Source of the DNA: a bacterium
GTDB lineage: Bacteria > RBG-13-61-14 > DATKZS01
Direction: 5' to 3'
Length of the DNA: 64,000 nucleotides
NCBI GenBank assembly: GCA_963674965.2
Contig: CAXXFL010000001.1
Location: 96,001 to 160,000, forward strand
Part shown: piece by piece, positions 57,438-64,000 of the stretch
Position numbering within the stretch: the stretch's first letter is position 1
How the letters are laid out: each line of letters starts with the position of its first letter
Notes under the pieces: generated by a model
The model's input: the letters and a program-made list of their open reading frames with translations, nothing else
What the model was told of the DNA's origin: nothing
Databases searched by the model: none
Program-made: the position numbers and the translations under genes

Positions 57438-58772
57438 TTAAGACCCGCCCGGAAGGCTTCCTCTCCAGACGCCTCCCCCGGACGAGATGTATTTCAATAA
57501 CAAATACTTGGTCAACTCGCGGTTAACGCGGCACCTGGGCGTCGGCTTGAACTTGTCAGGCCCGGACTCGGAAAAGGTCTTGGCCATGCAATCGCCGGCG
57601 CAGTGCCACTTGCAAAAGCATTCCCTACAATACTCTAATCGCTCGGGCGCTCGCGAGTCAAGTAGGGACCGCAATTTATTTTTATCCAGTACCGGACGGC
57701 CGCTCTCATCGATCCTTCCGAAGAAAAAATGGCGGGCCAGGGGATGGCGCGAACTGTAGACCTCGAAGCAGGCGGTCAACTCGCCCCGCGGCGTCACCAC
57801 CAGGGATTCCGATCCCGCCCGGCAGAAGCGGCCCGAGGTTATCTCGGGACGGGCGCCCGAGTAGACAAGAGCCACGCCCCGCCGGAGGCAGAGGTCGTGG
57901 GCCGACTTGAATTCCTCGATGAAACGGTCGAGGCTTTCCTCGCCCATCCACTCGCCGCCACCCCTTCCCTGGGGAAAAACGGGCTCGACCTGGATTTTCC
58001 TGGGGCCGGCGTTGTCCAGGACAAACTTTACGCTCGAGGCGAACTCGGGCATGGATATCTCGTCCGCCGTGATCCTGACGCCGTAATGCAGCCCTTTGCG
58101 GTCGAAGGTCTCGATGGTCTTCATCACCGCCTGGAAGGAACCGCCGCCCGACCGGGAGGGTCTTTGCCGGTCCTGGATATGGGCTGGCCCGTCCAGGGAA
58201 AGGCTCACTCCGTCCAGGTTCTCGGCTATCCACTCGGCTTTTTCCCTCCCATAAACCCCGTTGGTGGCCATGGACACGAGGGAGGGCAGGGCCTTTTCCC
58301 GGACGCGGGAGACGGCGGCCCGCATGGTTTCCCAGTTCATGGTGGGCTCGCCGCCGCCGTGGAAGGCCAGCTCGAAATGGCTCGAGAAGCGGCTTTGGGC
58401 CGAGTCGTGGGCGAAGTCCACCGCCGCCAGGGCGAGTTTGGCGCCCATGTCCTCGGGCGGCTCCTCGCCCGAGGAAGCGTAGCAGTAGGCGCAACTGAGG
58501 TTACAGCGGTTGGTAAGGAAGAGGGTGGCCCCCATCGGCAGGTAGTTGTCCCCGGGCTCGGGCCGGGCAGGAGGGGGGTCCGGCCGCAGGAAACCGATCT
58601 CCTCGAGGAAGGACGAGGCTTTCGACCCGTCGCCCTTTCCTCCCTTTTCGAGAAGCTCGGCCGTCAGGTTGGCCATGGCCCGGTTGCCGACGAAAGCCGT
58701 CCTGATCAGGGGCCGATACAAGATCAGCTTTTCCTCGAAGGGTATCTCGAATATCTCCGGAAGGGAAGCCAT
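57438..58772 (-). CDS. Radical SAM/SPASM domain protein
   Basis: CNLSCAYC, FHGGGEP, SLDG; SPASM cysteines CRAG...C...CRECFCKWHCAGDC...C. Confidence 0.92.
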   Translation of the reverse strand: MASLPEIFEIPFEEKLILYRPLIRTAFVGNRAMANLTAELLEKGGKGDGSKASSFLEEIGFLRPDPPPARPEPGDNYLPMGATLFLTNRCNLSCAYCYASSGEEPPEDMGAKLALAAVDFAHDSAQSRFSSHFELAFHGGGEPTMNWETMRAAVSRVREKALPSLVSMATNGVYGREKAEWIAENLDGVSLSLDGPAHIQDRQRPSRSGGGSFQAVMKTIETFDRKGLHYGVRITADEISMPEFASSVKFVLDNAGPRKIQVEPVFPQGRGGGEWMGEESLDRFIEEFKSAHDLCLRRGVALVYSGARPEITSGRFCRAGSESLVVTPRGELTACFEVYSSRHPLARHFFFGRIDESGRPVLDKNKLRSLLDSRAPERLEYCRECFCKWHCAGDCMAKTFSESGPDKFKPTPRCRVNRELTKYLLLKYISSGGGVWRGSLPGGS

Positions 58773-59060
58773 GCAAGTCTCTCTTATATTTATACGCTCG
58801 AAAGGATATAAACTTCTTTTCCCGAGAGTATACACCGAACGGTCGGGCGGGTTCCAATCCGGGCGGGCGCCGGCGTCGGACTTCCGCCGCCCGGGGTCCA
58901 AAAGACGCCTCGCGAAACGTTATCCGGCGCCGCTTGCCCGGGAAGTATCCCGGTGGTATAAGCGTAAAATCGCGTGGCCCGGGCTCTTTTCGCCGGGCCA
59001 GGGGCCGTGTCAAAAGGACGGGGCAGTTTTACCGTCAGTCGTGACCGATGGAGCGAGAGC

Positions 59061-60356
59061 ATGAAAAGCAAGGCGGCAAGGACCTACCTGGCGGCGGTTT
59101 TCTTCGCGGCGATTTTTCTTTCGGGCGCTACATTCGACATGTACGAGGCCATGGACCGGATATGGGAATGGAAGAAGCCCGACCCATATCCATATCCGCT
59201 GGAGGAGTTGGACGCCGAGACCCTTTCAGTCCTCCTGGACGCGGGCAACCTCCAGTGGTACGAGCCGCGTCCGGAAAAAGGCCAGTGGGACGCCGCGGTG
59301 GGAATGAAGGTCCACGCCGCTCCTCAAACCGTCTGGAGCGTAATCACGGACTACGAGGCGCCCTGCCGGATAATGAGCAAGACCTTCCTCGAGTGCAAGA
59401 GCGAGCGGGTATCCGACGACAAGGTTAAAAACGAATACAAAATTATCACCCGGGTCCTCGAGTTCGGCTCGACCTTCGACATGATCGACGAGGTCACGGA
59501 GAAGCCCCCCTATTTCCAGCGGATCGAGACGGTCGAGGGGGGCCTCGAGGGAAGAGTGGTGACCATTACCCTCATTCCCGCCGACGGGGGAAAGACGACC
59601 CTGGCCTTCATGCGCTACTACGCCTCGATGAGGTCCCTGGGCCTGGCCATGAGGGCCGTGCTGGCGGTGGTCCCCGCCGCCGAGTGGCCGGTGGCGGCCG
59701 CCAGCGCCAATTATCACCTCACCACCCACGGCATGGAAGCCGAGCGGATCGAGGGCTATCGGCGCCCGGAAAAGCCGGGCGATTTAAAGCACGACAAGCT
59801 TGACATGGAAACCCTGGCCCGCCTCGCCCGGTTCAACGCCGGCCTTATTCGCGAAACCCCGGAGGGAAAGACCGTCGACGGGCTGGCCTACGCCTTTATC
59901 GACGCTCCCCCCGGAGTCGTGTACGGTATCCTCGAGGACCTGGAGCATTACGACGAGAACCTCCAAAACCAGAAAACAGCGGTGGAAAAACGGGAGGGGA
60001 ACAAGGTATGGGTCACGCAGAAAATAACCTCGCAGTCGGTCCTGGTTTTCACCTTCTCCTACGAGATGCACGCCCTTTATCAGCTCGACCCGCCATACCA
60101 CGTCTCCTACCGGGCCATTGACGGGACCTACGAGGGAAGCACGGGAGACTTCAGGATCGTTCCCCTCGACGGCGGCGAGCGCTGCGCGCTTTTCTGCCAA
60201 ATAGGGATAAACTTCGAGCGCGACTCCGCCCTTACCACGAGGATCATCAGGTCGGGCGATTATCCTTTCAGCACCGTGATGGACCTGATAGCCGCGAGGA
60301 CCTACTTGAATAGCATTAAACCCCTGGCGGAAAAAAGGGCCAGGGAAGGCGGCTGA
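59061..60356 (+). CDS. Exported protein with tandem SRPBCC/START-like domains
   Basis: Signal peptide; two repeats, VHAAPQTVWSVITDYE and IDAPPGVVYGILEDLE. Confidence 0.65.
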   Translation: MKSKAARTYLAAVFFAAIFLSGATFDMYEAMDRIWEWKKPDPYPYPLEELDAETLSVLLDAGNLQWYEPRPEKGQWDAAVGMKVHAAPQTVWSVITDYEAPCRIMSKTFLECKSERVSDDKVKNEYKIITRVLEFGSTFDMIDEVTEKPPYFQRIETVEGGLEGRVVTITLIPADGGKTTLAFMRYYASMRSLGLAMRAVLAVVPAAEWPVAAASANYHLTTHGMEAERIEGYRRPEKPGDLKHDKLDMETLARLARFNAGLIRETPEGKTVDGLAYAFIDAPPGVVYGILEDLEHYDENLQNQKTAVEKREGNKVWVTQKITSQSVLVFTFSYEMHALYQLDPPYHVSYRAIDGTYEGSTGDFRIVPLDGGERCALFCQIGINFERDSALTTRIIRSGDYPFSTVMDLIAARTYLNSIKPLAEKRAREGG

Positions 60357-60364
60357 AGACGGCG

Positions 60365-60404
60365 AAAAAAAGGACCGGCGTCAAATCCCCGGCGCCGGTC
60401 CTTT
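60365..60404. terminator. Bidirectional terminator
   Basis: AAAAGGACCGGCG...CGCCGGTCCTTTT between convergent genes. Confidence 0.8.
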
Positions 60405-60424
60405 TATGACTTGTCCGCGTTCTA

Positions 60425-61567
60425 TTATCTGATTTTTCTCGCCGACTTGGTTTCTCCCCGCAGCGGATTGGGGACCTTGACCACGAAGGTGATCCTTCTG
60501 TTCTTGGCCATGCCCTCGGGCGTGTCGTTGGTGGCGATGGGCTCGTACTCGCCCTTGCCGACGGCGCTGAGCCGCGCTTGCTCGACCCCGGCGTTAACCA
60601 GGAACTGCATGACCGACCCCGCCCTCTTCTCGGAGAGGACCTGGTTGGACTCCTCGCTGCCCCTGGAGTCGGTGTGCCCCTCGATGGTTATCTCGACCTC
60701 GGGGTTGGCGTTCATGACCGAGGCAATTTCCTCGAGCATGTCGTTGTACTTGGGCTTGATGTCCCACTTGCCGGTGTCGAACTGGATGTCGTAAATGGTC
60801 CAGCACCCGAAGTCGTCGATGCTGGCGCCGTAGGGGGTGTTGGGGCACTTGTCCACCGAGTTGTGGACGCCGTCCATGTCCCTGTCCTCCTTGGCCCCGA
60901 AAAAGGCGTTGCCGATGAACTTCTCCATGTTGCCGGCCGTGTCGATCGACCCCGAGGTGGTGCCGAAACCGCAGGCGCTGCCTCCGGCCTCCCGGATTTT
61001 CTGAAGTTGCTTGCCGCCCCGGTCGGACTTGCCCACCTGGATGGTGTAAATGCAGGCCGTGCCGTTATAGTGGTTCTTCAGGTTCTCCGCCTCCTTCACG
61101 GGGTCGTCCGAGTCGCTCAGGCTCCCGTTACTGACGATGATTACGGCCAGGTTGCCGCTGATCCCGTTGGAGGAAAGATCGTCGCGCAACGCGCGAAGGG
61201 CGTCGGACAGGTTGGCCTTGCCGGTCCTGGGCTTCATCGACTCGACGGCGTCAACGAAGTTGGACTCGTTAAAGCCGGCCCATTGCTGGGGGGTCCTTAC
61301 CTCGTTGCTGGGAAGACCGTACTCGTAAACGGCCCCCTTAAGTCCGATGTCGGTGGGAAGCTCCTCGCAGAAAATCTTGGACACCTTGCGAGCGAGGTAG
61401 TTGTGGCTCTGGTTGCGGAAAGTCTTGTTCATGTCGAATGACTGGTCCACGAGAAGAGCGAAGTTCTTATAGCGGGCGGCCCTGCTCGCGTTGGCCCCGT
61501 CGGCGCCGATGAGGACCGCCACTAAAGCGAGGGCCATAATCAGGCATATAGGTTTGACTGTTCTCAT
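60425..61567 (-). CDS. OmpA-family protein with an N-terminal VWA-like domain
   Basis: LLVDQS, DRDMDGV..DKCPNTP, IQFD, EGHTDSRG, LSEKRA, NRR. Confidence 0.9.
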   Translation of the reverse strand: MRTVKPICLIMALALVAVLIGADGANASRAARYKNFALLVDQSFDMNKTFRNQSHNYLARKVSKIFCEELPTDIGLKGAVYEYGLPSNEVRTPQQWAGFNESNFVDAVESMKPRTGKANLSDALRALRDDLSSNGISGNLAVIIVSNGSLSDSDDPVKEAENLKNHYNGTACIYTIQVGKSDRGGKQLQKIREAGGSACGFGTTSGSIDTAGNMEKFIGNAFFGAKEDRDMDGVHNSVDKCPNTPYGASIDDFGCWTIYDIQFDTGKWDIKPKYNDMLEEIASVMNANPEVEITIEGHTDSRGSEESNQVLSEKRAGSVMQFLVNAGVEQARLSAVGKGEYEPIATNDTPEGMAKNRRITFVVKVPNPLRGETKSARKIR

Positions 61568-61700
61568 AAAAAAATCCTCCTTGTTTTCTTTGTTACCCCA
61601 AAGAGTCCTTAAAATTATCCCCCAATTGTTAAGCGAAAGTTATTTTAGCCGCTGGATTGGGGTTTCGCAAGTATGGATGGACGAAAAAAGCCGGGCCCCA

Positions 61701-62477
61701 TCAAAGGGACCATTGTCCCTCCAGCAATTTCAGCGAATTGGAGGGCGCGCCGAGATGGAAAGCGATAAACGGCGATAGGATGTCCATGGACTGGGCAAGG
61801 GAGTTGCGAGTGAAGTTGACCCGGGCCAGCACGCTCTCGTCGGCCTCCATGACCCAGCTCAGGGTCCGCGAGGTATCGGGCGACAGGCCCCTTTCCATGC
61901 CAACGGGAACTTGCCGGCCCTTCTCCTTTGCCCGGCATTCCTCGCACAGTCCGCCCCCAAGGGAGGCGTCGAAACGGCAGCCGCGCTCGAGGGCGCTTTG
62001 GCCGCAGGCCACGCAGCCGGCGACCCTGGGTTCGTAACCTAGTTCTTTGAGCAGCCGGAAGGAGTAGGCCGCGGCCCACCGGTCGGAGTCCGGTTCCCGG
62101 CGCAGGCGGAGGAGTCCGGACAGGAGCGCGTGAAAGGCCGCTGGTGAAGGTTCTTGGGCGGGGGCGGCCATGCCGATTATCTCGAGCAGCAGACAGGCCC
62201 GGGCGAGTCGTCTCGGGTCCTTCCTGAACTCGGGAAAGCCATCGATCAGCCGGGCGTGCTCGAGAATCAGCCGTCCTCCCCGCGGCGAGGTCACGAAGCC
62301 GGCCTCGATGAGGTGGACGAGGTCGAGGGCCCCAACGAACCTTTTTTTGCTGCGGAGGGCTCCCTTGGCCAGGGCCTCGATCCGCCCCCCCTCGGGAGTG
62401 AAGAGCCCGACCGCCAGGTCCGACTCTCCCTCGGGCCTCGTTCCCAGCACCAGGGCCGCCGACTCGAACCTGGTCAT
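61701..62477 (-). CDS. recO: DNA repair protein RecO
   Basis: ESD...AKGALRSKKRF; Zn finger CVACG...CEEC. Confidence 0.92.
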   Translation of the reverse strand: MTRFESAALVLGTRPEGESDLAVGLFTPEGGRIEALAKGALRSKKRFVGALDLVHLIEAGFVTSPRGGRLILEHARLIDGFPEFRKDPRRLARACLLLEIIGMAAPAQEPSPAAFHALLSGLLRLRREPDSDRWAAAYSFRLLKELGYEPRVAGCVACGQSALERGCRFDASLGGGLCEECRAKEKGRQVPVGMERGLSPDTSRTLSWVMEADESVLARVNFTRNSLAQSMDILSPFIAFHLGAPSNSLKLLEGQWSL

Positions 62478-62524
62478 GGCTTCCGGTCCTTCATAATCAC
62501 CTTTGCCCTCGCCCGAAGAATCTA

Positions 62525-63868
62525 CTAAAGAAGCAGGTTGGCCAGGGTTAGATAGATGAAGATTCCCATGATATCGCAGGTGGTGGAAATTATCGGAGCG
62601 GTGGCTATGGCGGGATCGACCCCTATCCTTTTGAAGAAGGCCGGAAGAAAGGTGCCCACCAGGGCGCTAAAGCCCATGACCGAGACGATGGCGCAGCCGA
62701 TAACGACGCTGAACTCGATGGCGGAATGTCGGAAATGCACGAAAGTCGCGGTGGCCATCCCAATTATCATTCCCAGGATCAGGCCCACGGCGACCTGTCC
62801 GAAGAAGAAGGCGCCGATGTCCTTGTAATCGATTTTCCCGGTGGCGATGCCGCGGACCACGATGGTGGCCGACTGGGTGCCCACGTTGCCGCCCATGGCC
62901 ATGACTATGGGGATGAAGGCGGCCAGCGCCACCATTTCCTTCATGGTCTCCTCGAAGTGGCCCAGGATAATCGAGGTAACGATGCCTCCCACCCAGGTGA
63001 TGGCGAGCCAGGGGAGCCGGGCCTGGACGCTTTTGAAAACGGAGAGTTCCTCGAGCTCCTCCTCGCCGGCCCCGGCCATGAGAAGGAAGTCCTCGTCGGC
63101 CTCGTCCTCGATGACGTCCATAACGTCGTCGAACCAGATGCGGCCAATAAGCCTGCCCGAGTCGCCGACCACGGGAAGAGAGATCAAATTGTACTTCAAG
63201 AAAAGGTTGCTGACCTCCTCCTGGTCCATGTCGGCCTTGACCGAGATAACGTCGGGGTCCATGATCTCGGAGACCTTGCGTTCGGGAGTGGACAGGATCA
63301 GGTCGCGAAGATCGAGTACTCCCTCCAGCGTCTTGTCCTCGTTGACCACGAAGACGAAGTGCAGGTTCTCGACCTCGTCCTTTTGCGCCCTGATCTCCTC
63401 GATGGTCTCGCTGACGGTGGCGTCCTTTAACACCGCCACCATCTCCGTCTGCATGAGCCCGCCGGCCGTTTCCTCGTCGTAGCCCATCAGCCGCCGGATT
63501 TCCTCGGAGTCGGAGGCGTCGATCCGCGCCAGTATCCGGCGGCGGTCCTCCCGGGTAAGCTCGGCCAAGAGGTCCGCCGCGTCGTCCGTGTCCATCTCCT
63601 CGACGAAGTGGACCATGCGCTCGTCCGGAACGGACTCGATCACTTCATCGAGAACGTGGTCCTCGATCTCAGGAAGAACGTCGGCGGCGACCGAGCGGGG
63701 GATAAGGGTGAAAATGCGTCTTCTTCCCTCCTCGTCGACTTGCTCGACCAGGTCGGCGATGTCGGCGGGATGGACGAGACCGAGGAACTCACGAAGTTCC
63801 TCGTCCGACCCTTGTTTAACGAGAATCTCGAGATCGTTGAACTCGGGATATTTAGCCGTTCCTTCCAT
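62525..63868 (-). CDS. mgtE: Magnesium transporter MgtE
   Basis: HPADIAD, CBS pair, RLPWL, GGNVGTQS, DPAIATAP. Confidence 0.96.
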   Translation of the reverse strand: MEGTAKYPEFNDLEILVKQGSDEELREFLGLVHPADIADLVEQVDEEGRRRIFTLIPRSVAADVLPEIEDHVLDEVIESVPDERMVHFVEEMDTDDAADLLAELTREDRRRILARIDASDSEEIRRLMGYDEETAGGLMQTEMVAVLKDATVSETIEEIRAQKDEVENLHFVFVVNEDKTLEGVLDLRDLILSTPERKVSEIMDPDVISVKADMDQEEVSNLFLKYNLISLPVVGDSGRLIGRIWFDDVMDVIEDEADEDFLLMAGAGEEELEELSVFKSVQARLPWLAITWVGGIVTSIILGHFEETMKEMVALAAFIPIVMAMGGNVGTQSATIVVRGIATGKIDYKDIGAFFFGQVAVGLILGMIIGMATATFVHFRHSAIEFSVVIGCAIVSVMGFSALVGTFLPAFFKRIGVDPAIATAPIISTTCDIMGIFIYLTLANLLL

Positions 63869-64000
63869 GGCCGCGACTCCCCCCGGCGCCGGGCCGGGGC
63901 ATCAACATACTACACCCGCCCATCGGGAAGCGTCAAAAAGAAAAGAAACCCGACGCCAAGTTCCCTACGGGAACCGCGGGGTCCCTCATCGCCTGGGGGG

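Noticed and set aside
63940-64000. Possible RNA gene or repeat start at the window end (CATCGCCTGGGG also occurs near 8596)
   Set aside because: Too short and truncated; no tRNA cloverleaf recognised.

Overview
A GC-rich bacterial chromosome segment; the gene content (DUF3467-argH, alaC-hom-thrC, rpsO-pnp, mgtE-recO) suggests a deltaproteobacterial-grade lineage, which is my inference. Most of the window is housekeeping, metabolic and envelope genes. The main exception is a compact, intact 13.3-kb minus-strand operon (15053-28360) encoding an apparent siphovirus-type particle: portal, protease/scaffold, cement, capsid, a beta-helix protein, adaptor, terminator, tail tube, G/GT chaperones with a -1 frameshift site, a very short (~204 aa) tape measure, distal tail, hub, holin-like protein and g-type lysozyme. 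It has no terminase, integrase, replication or repressor gene and carries the host's sequence signature, so it is a candidate gene-transfer-agent-like (domesticated phage) system. Other notable items: a radical SAM/SPASM enzyme paired with a Tat-lipoprotein WD40 protein that has a Cys-rich RiPP-like tail; strong over-representation of CTCGAG; a 1.4-kb REP/MITE-like hairpin array; an orphan Phd-like regulator with its putative operator; an orphan DNA methyltransferase; and a lidless Hsp70 with a J-protein partner. All calls come from reading motifs by eye; no database searches were run.
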